In this document: positions 51,634 through 64,000 of the stretch, piece by piece | How positions within the stretch are numbered: the stretch's first letter is position 1 | Layout: every line of letters begins with the position of its first letter | Source of the DNA: Eledone cirrhosa | Lineage: Eukaryota | Length of the DNA: 64,000 bases | Assembly (NCBI GenBank): GCA_964016885.1 | Contig: OZ024743.1 | Coordinates: 65,658,001 to 65,722,000, forward strand | Direction: 5' to 3' | Program-made: the position numbers and the translations under genes | Notes under the pieces: generated by a model | Database searches by the model: none | Told to the model about the DNA's origin: nothing | Seen by the model: only the letters and a program-made list of their open reading frames with translations

Positions 51634-51986
51634 CTCTCGGGTCCCGAATAATAAAGGGGGGCGGGGGTGAAATAGTTGGGAAGTGGGTTGGAATAAGCGG
51701 GAGTGTGGGGTTGGAAAATCGATAATTTTGCTAGGTTGTCTCCGTTGATTTCCTTTTTAAAATCAGAATTAGTCGTTTAGATTACATATTGAGACCCCAA
51801 CCCATCCTATATATTTTATAACGTATGAGATTTCTAGTAACGCATTTTTTTTGTCATGTTTAATGTTTTTAATGTATAAAGAAAATTAATTGTCGCAGGA
51901 ATGCTACCACTTAAAATAAATTTCACTGAAGATAGATTAGCAAAATTTAATAAGGGAGATGGGGGCAATTATTCGAGACCCGGGAG
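51634..51986. mobile_element. Tc1/mariner-like MITE
   Basis: TA|CTCTCGGGTCCCGAATAAT ... ATTATTCGAGACCCGGGAG|TA. Confidence 0.85.
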
Positions 51987-52238
51987 TACTTTATTTCACG
52001 TAGCCACAGTCCACAATCTGGCAAAAATGAGTTGCATCTGTATTATAAAAAATCAGCCCTGTCACACACTGTTTTAAACTGAATCTCCCTGAGAACTACG
52101 TTAAGGGTCCATGGAAAAGTCTACGTGTCTATTGAATGTTCAACCGCTTGCACATTAATTCCATGAACCGACAGGTCTGTTATTTGAACAACTAGAACAC
52201 TCATTGTCGGAACCAATGGAAGCCCTTCATACACACAT

Positions 52239-52319
52239 GTATGGACCCGTGACTCCTGATGGGGTTGTCGTGGCACCGTAGTGACATACAGCGTGACATA
52301 CAGAGAGAGAGCGAGAGAG

Positions 52320-52358
<39 letters not shown>

Positions 52359-53434
52359 TGTGAAGTGAGAACAAAATATAGGGGAAGAATCAATCCCAGT
52401 GTTTAACTGGAAGTATTTTTATTGACCTCAAAATGATTCGGCGAGAATTTTGAACCCAGAGAGCGCAAAGAACCGAGAGGAATACTGTAAAGCATTCTTT
52501 CCGACGCCCTAACGACTCTCCCAAGTCACCGCCTTATATTTGCATTAAACTTTATTCTTTTGTTTGTGTTTCCTTAATCAGTTTAGATATTCAGAATTAT
52601 TGATTTTTCATCGAACCTATGTTCCACCTATTCGCCTATTTCATTGATTGTTCCCATCTGTTCAATCAATCAAACAACTGGTGCAGTCATTTGGAGTATC
52701 ATTATAGACATTTAGCTTTACGTTCATTGACATATTTCAGTGGGTCTTATAATTGCTAGGGGTACCCATCTCTCCACATTTAGTCTTTAGTCTGCCAGTA
52801 GAAGCTGTTACAGGGTATGGCTGAAAACTGCCACCAAAACTGAGTTAGGCGAGAATAAGTGTACACGTCCGTCCTAAAGAATGTCGTTGCAAGACATGAA
52901 AGAATCCTCTCTACCCTCACACCCAGGTTTTCAGATAATGTATCCTTAAGTCTTGGATAACGTGGTACATCCAGTATTGAAATAACGTTTCTTTAAACCA
53001 CTTCACTCTCCTTTCAGAGAGACAGTATGTAATGTCCAGTTACATAAACACAAGATGGTGGCTAAGATTTAAGTACAGTTGAAATAACAGCACATTAAAG
53101 TATAATTTACTTGCAATATGAAATATGATATAAGAAGTAAATTGTGAAACATCAGTTGTAATAATGAGAATAACAGGCTGTATAATAAGACAAGCAGATA
53201 GACAATGAGAGATAATGAGAAAGAGAGAGAGGGGTGAGAAAGAGAGAGAGAGCGAGAGAAAGAGGAGGAGAGAAAGAGAGAGAGCGAGAGAGAGAGGGGG
53301 GAGAGAGAAAGGGCGAGAGAGAGATAGGGAGAGAACGAGCGAGAGCGAGAGAGATAGAGGGAGAGAGAGAGGGCGAGAGAGGGAGGGGGAGAGAAATAGA
53401 GAGAGCGAGAGAGTGAGAAAGAGGGAGAGAGAAA

Positions 53435-53508
<74 letters not shown>

Positions 53509-54581
53509 GATAGACAGAAGAGCTTCCGATAGCAGACGGACGGTGTTTTGCTGCCTCTAACAACAAAAGATCTGTTTTTTACCCCCTCTAATCATCTTCA
53601 ACGGACGTCTAATTATACAGCCTGTTATTCTCATTATTACAACTGATGTTTCACAATTTACTTCTTATATCATATTTCATATTGCAAGTAAATTATACTT
53701 TAATGTGCTGTTATTTCAACTGTACTTAAATCTTAGCCACCATCTTGTGTTTATGTAACTGGACATTACATACTGTCTCTCTGAAAGGAGAGTGAAGTGG
53801 TTTAAAGAAACGTTATTTCAATACTGGATGTACCACGTTATCCAAGACTTAAGGATACATTATCTGAAAACCTGGGTGTGAGGGTAGAGAGGATTCTTTC
53901 ATGTCTTGCAACGACATTCTTTAGGACGGACGTGTACACTTATTCTCGCCTAACTCAGTTTTGGTGGCAGTTTTCAGCCATTCCCTGTAACAGCTTCTAC
54001 TGGCAGACTAAAGACTAAATGTGGAGAGATGGGTACCCCTAGCAATTATAAGACCCACTGAAATATGTCAATGAACGTAAAGCTAAATGTCTATAATGAT
54101 ACTCCAAATGACTGCACCAGTTGATTGATTGATTGAACAGATGGGAACAATCAATGAAATAGGCGAATAGGTGGAACATAGGTTCGATGAAAAATCAATA
54201 ATTCTGAATATCTAAACTGATTAAGGAAACACAAACAAAAGAATAAAGTTTAATGCAAATATAAGGCGGTGACTTGGGAGAGTCGTTAGGGCGTCGGAAA
54301 GAATGCTTTACAGTATTCCTCTCGGTTCTTTGCGCTCTCTGGGTTCAAAATTCTCGCCGAATCATTTTGAGGTCAATAAAAATACTTCCAGTTAAACACT
54401 GGGATTGATTCTTCCCCTATATTTTGTTCTCACTTCACATATCTCTCTCTCTCTCTCTCTCTTTCTCTATCTATCTCTCCCCCTCTTTCTCTCTCTCTCT
54501 CTCTCTCTCGCTCTCTCTGTATGTCACGCTGTATGTCACTACGGTGCCACGACAAACCCATCAGGAGTCACGGGTCCATAC
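52239..54581. repeat. large inverted duplication (arms 52239-53186 and 53612-54581; ~425-bp spacer)
   Basis: Arms are reverse complements with about three substitutions seen, plus differences in the (GA)n tract. Each arm includes a family A SINE and ~650 bp of otherwise unique sequence. Confidence 0.93.
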
Positions 54582-55165
54582 TAGATTTCCTAGCAGCATG
54601 GCAACCTGTAGCACGTGTTGTTGATTCCATGTTTGTTGTGGGGGACTTACAATTAATAATGTTTATCTTATTTTTACGTCCAACAAACGTCGCTTGTTGG
54701 CGTAATTGTTTCGCTGTGAAATAATTCAGCTCTGGGTGCATTTCGTCCCAGTGTAGCTTCATTCTGTTCATATAGCCAATGGAGGGATTGTTTTTTTGCA
54801 TTTTATAACAATTAAATAAATTATCATTAAGTTCGCAACTCCAAGAGAAATGCGATTTATAATTTCGGTTTCTTCTGTAGCTACAACTGAATAAAGTTTG
54901 TTTACCTTTCTTGTTGGTTGTCTTCGATACTTCCTTAATCTTGTTGTTGATGTTGTGTTTGGCCATGCTGTTTGTAGCAAATCCTTGTAAAATGAATTAT
55001 GTATTTAGTCGGATATCTCTACGAATTAGAATAAAAGGTGTCTTCAGAAGATATATTTAGAAGAATAACCAGTTATTCAACATGACTGTAGTTGTGGCAT
55101 TACTGACATAAAGAAATTTAATAAATAGTCTCCCACGCCAAAATATGCGACTGATCGCGTTGACT
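54582..55165 (-). mobile_element. R4/Dong-like non-LTR retrotransposon 5' fragment
   Basis: WSCELN..LFNCY...KNNPSIGYMNRMKLHWDEMHPEL...AKQLRQQA resembles the R4/Dong N-terminal domain; the 5' end abuts (CATA)n. Confidence 0.7.
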
Positions 55166-55250
55166 GTATGTATGTATGTATGTATGTATGTATGTATGTA
55201 TGTATGTATGTATGTATGTATGTATGTATGTATGTATGTATGTATGTATG

Positions 55251-55857
55251 CTGGTGCTACTGATAACATGTATCCCAGTACAACCTGTCCCACGGTCGGG
55301 TCGTTGGCGACTAAACTGACAACCCCACCAAGGTTTCTTGGTGAGGAGGGTGACTTTGGACATCCTGCAGGACTAAAAACAAAACCTGTCAAAGGGCAAA
55401 GGAGCTCTTAAGAGTCAATGGCCATCCAAAATCATCGGGAGAGATGACCCCTTAGCCTTTGTCAAGGCAGACTTCTAGGAGAAGGAAAACTCTGATATAA
55501 CACCTGCAACCCTGATGGTATCCAATGATGTTGACTTGTTCTTCTTTTTGGTAAGTATCATCTTGGTTAAGAGAGTGGGACTGGCTTTGTGCAGTGCCTT
55601 TGCTCACTATAAAAGCTCCACGGCACAGGCATTGCTTTATATCTGGAGATCTCTCTGCACTTGTCGTCACATGGTACCATGGGCCCAGCACTATGTGTCA
55701 ATAATTGTCACAAGTGTAGTGTTTGTACCAGAGTTTTCAAGTCGTTGACTGGACTAAAAAGTCACACTTGTTCAGCGCATCGGTAGGGGTTCTCCTACAT
55801 GGATATAAAGTAGTGGCCGTACTCGAAAACGAGTTGGCAGCCACTATGTATGTATGT
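55251..55857 (+). mobile_element. short bipartite RTE-derived element (5' UTR-like part joined to RTE 3' end), (TATG)n tail
   Basis: 55445-55635 matches 288-497; 55640-55845 matches 42676-42884; flanked by (TATG)n on both sides. Confidence 0.65.
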
Positions 55858-56297
55858 TCGGCTGCTTTTATTATTTTATAAATGTTCTCAATAGAGAGAG
55901 AGTTGATTTCTAACAGGCAGAAGACGCTTCCATTGGAATTTAGACATCAACTAGGGTAATACGTATGTATGTTTTCTCTTTCTCTTAATTTCGAGTTTAT
56001 TTTTTTGACCGGCCACCTTCCCGGTGGCAAGGTTGTAAAAGAAAAGAAATTGTCATCCCTTGAATCGCAAGAATGTTTTGCAAATTTTGAAGGTGCCAGC
56101 TATCGCAGCCATCTGCAGACTATGAATTAGGGAGCTGCGCTTTTTGTCCGCAAATCCAAGTTCAGCCATACTTTGGTCCAAGCGGGTTGGTATATAACCC
56201 GTAGCACCAATAATGATGGGTATGAAGCTAAAGGTGTATCTTGGATACTGGATTTGTAAACTCCTCATCAATGGTCCGTAGATGTCCTCCTTCTCCT
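55858..56297 (-). mobile_element. R4/Dong-like non-LTR retrotransposon 3' fragment (restriction-like endonuclease tail plus 3' UTR)
   Basis: KEDIYGPLMRSLQIQYPRYTFSFIPIIIGATG...LQMAAIAGTFKICKTFL; both ends abut (TATG)n. Confidence 0.72.
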
Positions 56298-56419
56298 GTA
56301 TGTATGTATGTATGTATGTATGTATGTATGTATGTATGTATGTATGTATGTATGTATATCACTTTGTCTAAAATAACATACCATATTACTTATTAAATGC
56401 AGCAGTGGTACTTGGTAAC

Positions 56420-56455
<36 letters not shown>

Positions 56456-56516
56456 GTCTTCCATCTATCTATTTATCTATCTGTCTATCTGTCTATTTAT
56501 CTATCTGTCGATCTTT

Positions 56517-59181
56517 AGGAGTGGCAACGTAGCCAGAGTGCTAGCGACGAGAACGGCCTTGGACAAGTCCTTCGACGCAAAACACGAAGGCTGCGTTGTC
56601 ATTAGCAAAATACGTGCTCTGGGAAACGAGGGAGCCAACGCTGTTAGCTGGGCCCGGATGACAGAGGCGAAAAGTGGCAACAAGTCCACGATTCGGTCTT
56701 TGAAGGACCAAGACGGACGCGTGATACGTGAGCCGAAGCAGATGTGCGTGGCCTTTCAGCGGTACTTTGCTCAACTGTTCGGGCAGGGCGGTGTGATGGG
56801 AGGAGCTATGGATTTCGGTCCATACCTCGACGGCCTGTCGCGACTCTCGGACAGCGAGGCGAAGTTCTACGAAAGGCCGATTTCGGCCGCTGAGCCAATG
56901 CGGCAAACGCAAATCTCTAGGTCTCGACGGTCTACCCTACTAATTTTACGTAGCAATGCCGGACTTGTTCTCCGGTCTCCTGGAAGCGGTCTACTGCAAC
57001 TGGCAGCAGAACGGGAGAATTTCCAGTTCTGTGACCAAGGGCGTAGTCACGTTAGTCAGAAAGGAGGAGAATAAGGGGGATGACATAGGCAACTTCCGGC
57101 CCATAACTCCGCTAAACACAGAGTAACAGATTTTGGCCAAGGTGTTGGCAAAGAGGCTGGCGCTTGTCGTCAAAAACCTGGTGGGAGAAGTGCAGAAATG
57201 CGCAATCCCGACCAGGTCCATACACGACAACCTCCACCTCATGCGATACATCATAGAGAAGGCAGGGTGTAAACCCGGCTTCGGTGGGGCCCTGATCAAC
57301 TTGGATCAGTCTAAGGCTTTCGATAGGGTTGACCATCGTTACCTGGATGCGGTGCTCGAGCCGGCAGGCTTCGGACTCGTGTTCAGGGGCTGGATTGCTG
57401 CAATGCACAGCAGCAACATCTGCTCAAGGGTCAAGGTGAACGGCTACCTCTCGGAGCCGTTCCATATCATGCGATCCATCCGACAGGGATGCCCTCTCTC
57501 CTCTCTTCTGTACGTACTGACTCTCAAGCCACTACTGCAGAAGTTGGAGCTATTGCAGGGCATCCCTTTGGAAACGGGACTGCAAAAAGCGGCGACGACG
57601 TGACAGTAATGGTGTCGAGCATCTCAAAAATCGGGGAGGTCGGCACCTTACTGAAGGAATACGAAAGGTTTAGAGGAGCGAAGCTGAACCGGGAAAAATC
57701 CGTCGGTTTGCAACTCGGAACGTGGAGAGGCAAACCGATGCCTTCCGATGACGTCGTCGGATGCTGGACGGAAGGACCGGTAAAGCTTCTCGGGGTCTGG
57801 TTTGGTCCGGACCTCCAGGTGGAGAAGAACAGGAACGAGATGACGGCCAAGGTGTTTGCGCTCATCCAGAAGTGGGCCGAGTGCAAACTACCCTTGAAAG
57901 GTCGAGCGGAGGTGGCGAACACTTTTATAGCGTCCGTCATCTACTACCGCTTGACCGTCGTGCCTTTTCCAACCAAAACGCTCACCAAAATGGAGCGCGC
58001 GCTCTTCCAATTCCTTTGGAAGAAACGGACTCCTTTGGTGAGAAGATCCATCTGCTGCCAACACCCTTCAAACGGAGGGCTGGGGGATGCCGTGGATGAC
58101 GATGCGCAAACACGCGCTCAGGATGCGGCACCTCCACGTATTCCTCACCGGACAACCGGTGTGGGCCCCGTTCGTGAGGCGAGCATTCCCACGACTCGTC
58201 TCGCTGACCGAGCTGCAGTCCTGGGTCAAGCAAAGACCGAGGGAAATGGGCGACTGGCACATCGAATGTGCTCAGGCGGTCACAGTCCTCTGGCAAACGA
58301 ACCCGGTGATCAGTGGAGACTCCACTTCGTCTGTAGAGACTGCACTTCGTCTGTAGAGAGTTAGTCCGCAGCAGGTGCGACGACTCGCTCGGAGAAATTC
58401 AGAGCGTAGAGGAAGACGAACTGGCCAGTCTGTTCGGTAGGACCTTCCGCCCGGGACCGATGGACAACTTCCAAAAGTCCCTGGCCTGGCAGTGCTACCG
58501 AGGAGCTCTACCAGTTCGAGACAAGCTCTACGAGATGCGTGCGCGACGAGGAAACCGTCGCGCACGTATTTCTACACTGCCCGAGCGTTACCGACCTGTG
58601 GGGCTATGTAGAACGACTATTGTCGCGGGTGGGACCAATCCAGTTGACCACCGAGTCCACTGTCATGATCAAACCGCCACCCTCCTTCAAAAACGAAGGA
58701 GAGGCGGTTTTCCTATGTGTTATGGCTATGGTGAAAGAGGTTATATGGTGGACGAGGTTAAAAGGGCTGAGGTAAGACACCTTTCTCTCCGGCGAACAAC
58801 TGATTCGTTTTTTCAAATATCATTTTGGAAGAAGAATCAGGATGGAGAGAGAGGTGCTGTACCCCAGCAAATTTTATAAAAGGTGGGTGAATGTGGCAAA
58901 AAAGGCCCGAGTGGTTGGGCCTTCTCTCTATAAGCCTGTAGGTTGAGGAAAAAGAGGAAGAGAGGAAGGGAGTACTCGCTCTTGGTGCTCCTGGAGATGA
59001 GGGTTGTACATTTTTCGGGGTGTGTACAACCCCTGTGTAACGCCTCCTCCCTATTGGGGATTTCAATTGTTATTTGTTATTTTATTAATAGTTTTATTTT
59101 CATATGCCTGTATGTAAACTCGCCATTTGTATTTGTCCCCTTCTTTTGTGCCCTTGTGGCTAATAAAGAAATTTATCTATC
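56517..59181 (+). mobile_element. 5'-truncated, frameshifted Tx1/L1-clade LINE (ORF2 RT plus zinc-binding domain)
   Basis: NFRPITPLN, LDQSKAFDRVDH, IRQGCPLS.LLY.L, (A)DDVTV, KLLGVWF, ETVAHVFLHC; polyA signal AATAAA followed by TATCTATC; multiple stops and frameshifts. Confidence 0.92.
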
Positions 59182-59253
59182 ACTTTGTCTATCTATTTTC
59201 TATATCTAAATGTATGTGCATATATGTAAATACACACACTCATTCACACATAA

Positions 59254-59295
<42 letters not shown>

Positions 59296-59401
59296 TGAGA
59301 GTAAGAGAGACATAGAAAGAGAGAGAGAGAGAGAGAGCGAGAAAGAAGGAATGACAGGGAAAGGATGATAGATAGATAGAGAGAATAGAGAGAATAGAGA
59401 G

Positions 59402-59455
<54 letters not shown>

Positions 59456-59768
59456 AATCTACCAAAATATACAGTAGTGTCCAATCCGTATGAAGAACTC
59501 AATGTAATCCAAATATCATGAAAAGAGAAGATGTATTCAAAAATATTCGATGAAAATCACAGGAAAACCGAGTCAAGATAAATTAATAAAAACAATGAAT
59601 AAAAACAAAGAACAAGTTCCTTATATTAAAAAAATCATAATTTTACGATCGTTTCTAGGATATTTATGTGTGTTGGTATGTATATCATATAGATCTATGT
59701 AAAAATATTACAAACTATCAGAGGAAATATAAAAAACATACCTTCACACACACATATATATATATATA

Positions 59769-59804
<36 letters not shown>

Positions 59805-59919
59805 TGTATATATATATATATACATGAATATATATTTATATATATAAATATATATATATATATCGTGCAAATTCAGACGGGAACAAAACAGAGAGGCAGA
59901 CAAATAAAGGTTTATTAGG

Positions 59920-59953
<34 letters not shown>

Positions 59954-60414
59954 AGCAGATTAAGGCAGCTGAATTTGGCCGGAAGTCTCAGTGGAATTAT
60001 GTAGACGTAACGACGGTAATAATAAAAGAATGAGAGCGTCACTTTCATGAGCTTAAAACACTGCAAACATCTCTCTCTCACACATTCTATCTGCCTCTCT
60101 CTCACTCTCTCTCTTCTCTCGCTTTTACTCTCTCTCTCATTCTATCTGTCTGTCTCTCTCTCTCTTCCTTATCTTCCCCCCTGACGTTCTTTCTTTCTCT
60201 CTCCCACTTTCACTCACATTTTATCTGTCTCTCTCTTTCTCTTTATCTCTATCTCATCATTTCCATGTCATTCTCTCCCTCTCTCCTCCTCTCTCTCTGT
60301 CTCTCTCTCCCGCTTGCCTCCTATCTCTCCCCCTCCCTATTCACATTTCCTCATCTTTCTCCCCTTTAAATTTTTCTCTCCTTCCCCATTAAACAGGTGT
60401 GAAAACAACACAAG

Positions 60415-60695
60415 AAAACAACAACATCTACAACAGTAGCAACAACAACATCTACAACAGTAGCAACAACAGCAGCAACATCTACACCAATAACAACAGC
60501 AACATCTACAACAACACCATCTACAACAGCAGCAACAACAACACCGTCTACGACAGCAGCAACAACAACACCATCTACAACAACAACACCATCTACAACA
60601 ACAACACCATCTACAACAACAACAACAACAACAACACCATCTACAACAACAACAACAGCAACATCTGCAACAACAACAACAGCAACAACAACAAA
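60415..60695. repeat. (CAA)n-derived minisatellite punctuated by CATCTA
   Basis: Direct reading. Confidence 0.9.
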
Positions 60696-60764
60696 CGTGG
60701 AGAAATGTCCTACCTAGTTTTGAGGAAGTTTTCTTATGCAATAGTGTAAAATGTTTGAACTTTC

Positions 60765-62620
60765 TGCTGTTGTTGTTGTTGTAGTTGATATTGTTGTTAT
60801 TGTTGATATTGTGTTGTTGTTGTTGATATTGTTGTTGTTGTTGATATTGTTGTTGTTGTTGTTGTTGATATTGTTGTTGTTATTGTTGATATTGTTGTTG
60901 TTGTTATTGTTGATATTGTTGTTGTTGCTTCTGTTGCTACTGTCGCTAATGTTGATGCTGTTGATGTTGTTGCGGTTGTTACTGTCATTGTTGCTGTTGT
61001 TGCTGCTGTTGTTACTGTTGTTGATGTTGCTGCTGTTGTTGTTACTGTTGTTGTTACTGTTGTTGCTGCTGTTGTTGTTGTTGTTGTTACTGTTGTTGTT
61101 ACTGTTGTTGCTGTTGTTGCTGCTGTTGTTACTGTTGTTGATGTTGCTGTTGTTGCTGCTGTTGTTGCTGTTGTTGTTACTGTTGTTGTTACTGTTGATG
61201 CTGCTGTTGTTGCTGTTGTTGTTACTGTTGTTGCTGCTGTTGTTGCTGCTGTTGTTGCTGTTGTTGCTGCTGTTGTTGCTGTTGTTGCTGCTGTTGTTAC
61301 TGTTGTTGATGTTGCTGTTGTTGCTGCTGTTGTTGCTGTTGTTGTTACTGTTGTTGTTACTGTTGTTGCTGCTGTTGTTGCTGTTGTTGCTGCTGTTGTT
61401 GCTGTTGTTGTTGTTGCTGTTGCTGTTGTTGCCGTTGTTGTTACTGTTGTTGCTGTTGTTGTTGTTGCATCTCTTGCTACTGTTGCTAATGATGCTACTG
61501 CTGTTGTTACTGTTGCTATGTTGCTGTTATTGTTGTGCTACTGTTGTTGTTGTTGCAGCTCTTGCTACTGTTGCTAATGATGCTACTGTTGTTGTTACTG
61601 TTGCTATGTTGCTGTTATTGTTGTGTTACTGTTGTTGTTATTGAAGCTCTTGCTACTGTTGCTAATGTTGCTACTGTTGTTGTTACTGTTGCTATGTTGC
61701 TGTTATTGTTGTGCTACTGTTGTTGTTGTTGCATCTCTTGCTACTGTTGCTAATGATGCTACTGTTGTTGTTACTGTTGCTATGTTGCTGTTATTGTTGT
61801 GCTACTGTTGTTGTTGTTGCATCTCTTGCTACTGTTGCTAATGATGCTACTGTTGTTGTAACTGTTGCTATGTTGCTGTTATTGTTGTGCTACTGTTGTT
61901 GTTGTTGCAGCTGTTGCTACTGTTGCTAATGATGCTACTGTTGTTGTTACTGTTGCTATGTTGCTATTATTGTTTTGCTACTGTTGTTGTTGTTGCATCT
62001 CTTGCTACTGTTGCTAATGATGCTACTGTTGTTGTTACTGTTGCTATGTTGCTATTATTGTTGTGCTACTGTTGTTGTTGTTGCATCTCTTGCTACTGTT
62101 GCTAATGATGCTACTGTTGTTGTTACTGTTGCTAATGATGCTACTGTTGTTGTTACTGTTGCTATGTTGCTGTTATTGTTTTGCTACTGTTGTTGTTGTT
62201 GCATCTCTTGCTACTGTTGCTAATGATGCTACTGTTGTTGTTACTGTTGCTAATGATGCTACTGTTGTTGTTACTGTTGCTATGTTGCTGTTATTGTTTT
62301 GCTACTGTTGTTGTTGTTGCATCTCTTGCTACTGTTGCTAATGATGCTACTGTTGTTGTTGCATCTCTTCCTACTGTTGCTTATGATGCTACTGTTGTTG
62401 TTACTGTTGCTATGTTGCTGTTATTGTTGTGCTACTGTTGTTGTTGTTGCATCTCTTGCTACTGTTGCTAATGATGCTACTGTTGTTGTTACTGTTGCTA
62501 TGTTGCTCTAATTGTTGTGCTACCGTTGTTGTTGTTGCAGCTGTGTCTGCTGCTGTTATTGTTGTTGCTAATGATGCTACAGTTGCAGCTGTTGTTGCTA
62601 CTGTTGCTGCTCTAGCTACA
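60765..62620. repeat. (GTT/GCT)n tract grading into an 88-bp minisatellite (~61460-62530)
   Basis: ORF-track starts recur at 88-bp spacing (61535, 61623, 61711 ... 62063), then at 118 bp. Confidence 0.9.
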
Positions 62621-62730
62621 GTTGCAGAAAATGTCGATGCTGCTGAAAGGGATGAAAGTGATGCTGCAGTACTATTTCTTGCTACTGTTATCGTTGTTCT
62701 TTTCTATTTTCAATCATTACCACCACCGCC

Positions 62731-62734
62731 TACT

Positions 62735-62772
<38 letters not shown>

Positions 62773-62867
62773 ACTACTACTACTACTACTAACTACTACT
62801 ACTACTAACTACTACTACTACTACTACTAACTACTACTACTACTACTAACTACTACTACTACTACTA

Positions 62868-62907
<40 letters not shown>

Positions 62908-62954
62908 ACTACTACTACTACTACTAACTACTACTACTACTACTACTACTACTA

Positions 62955-63013
<59 letters not shown>
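62731..63013. repeat. (TAC)n with periodic TAA interruptions
   Basis: Direct reading. Confidence 0.95.
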
Positions 63014-63082
63014 AGGAAATAAAATCTTGAACAATGCAACATTTGCATGAGAGAAAGTGAACGAGAGAGAGAGAGAGGAATG

Positions 63083-63116
<34 letters not shown>

Positions 63117-63257
63117 TATGTGTATATACAGTATATATATATATGTATAATATATGGATGTATGTGTGTATGCATATATATATATGTGTATATACACATG
63201 CATATATATACATGTATAATTATATATATGTGTGTATATTATATATATGTATGTGTG

Positions 63258-63308
<51 letters not shown>

Positions 63309-63449
63309 TAAATATATATATATAGAGAGAGAAGAATAGCTTGTTAGATATAGCGATAGAGAGAAGGTGGAGAGAGGAAGTGGGGGACGACGGGGTATAA
63401 AACTGGGTTAATGAAAATGGGGAAAAATTTCAATGATAGCAGTGTTTAG

Positions 63450-64000
63450 ACTGGCTGGCTGGTTGGTGGGTTGGTGGCTGGGTTGGTTGGAGTTTGGCTG
63501 GTTGGTTGGTGTGTTGGTTGATTGGTGGGTAGGTTGGTTGGCTGGTTGGTGGGCTGGTGTTTTTGCTGGGGTTCGGCTGCTTGGTTGGCTGGCTGGTTGG
63601 TTGGCTGGGATTTTGGCTGGGGTTCGGCTGTATGGTTGGTTGGTTCGTTTGTTGGCTGGCTGGTTGGTCGGCTGGGTTTGGCTGGGGTTCGGCTGGTTGG
63701 TGGGTTGGTTGGTTGGCTGGTCGGTGGTTGGTTGGCTGGGTTCGGCTGGGGTTCGGCTGGTTGGTGGGTTGGTTGGTTGGCTGGTCGGTGGTTGGTTGGC
63801 TGGGTTCGGCTGGTTGGTTGTGGATTAGTTGGTTGGCTGGTAGGTTGACTGGAGTTTGGCTGGTTGGTTGGTGGATTGGTTGGTTGGCTGGCTGGTAGGT
63901 TGGCTGGAGTTTGGCTGGGGTTCGGCTGGCTGGTTGGTGGATTGGTTGGTTGGCTGGCTGGTAGGTTGGCTGGGTTTCGGCTGGTTGGTTGGTGGATTGG
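63450..64000. repeat. degenerate (GGTT/GGCT)n tract running off the window end
   Basis: Direct reading. Confidence 0.9.

Noticed and set aside
63450-64000. Telomeric repeat
   Set aside because: Degenerate GGTT/GGCT tetramers, not (TTAGGG)n.

Overview
AT-rich, repeat-saturated animal DNA with no intact host gene that I can support. The SINE, LINE and microsatellite landscape looks cephalopod (Octopus-like); this is an inference. Main components: (1) a ~21 kb tandem array (20771-41921) of a 57-bp unit with higher-order duplications, ending in a block of related 40-bp units; (2) a dense 4.4-16 kb cluster of Penelope-like element termini sitting in (TA)n tracts, with a GIY-YIG endonuclease remnant, many perfect palindromes, at least four recognisable type I hammerhead ribozyme motifs, and a repeated candidate variant-core hammerhead; (3) decayed non-LTR retrotransposons of Tx1/L1, R4/Dong, RTE and CRE type, several abutting specific microsatellites; (4) tRNA-derived SINEs, a non-autonomous Helitron, and TA-, TTAA- and 8-bp-TSD MITEs; (5) a ~950-bp near-perfect inverted duplication at 52.2-54.6 kb. 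Almost all long ORFs in the track are artefacts of tandem or simple repeats.
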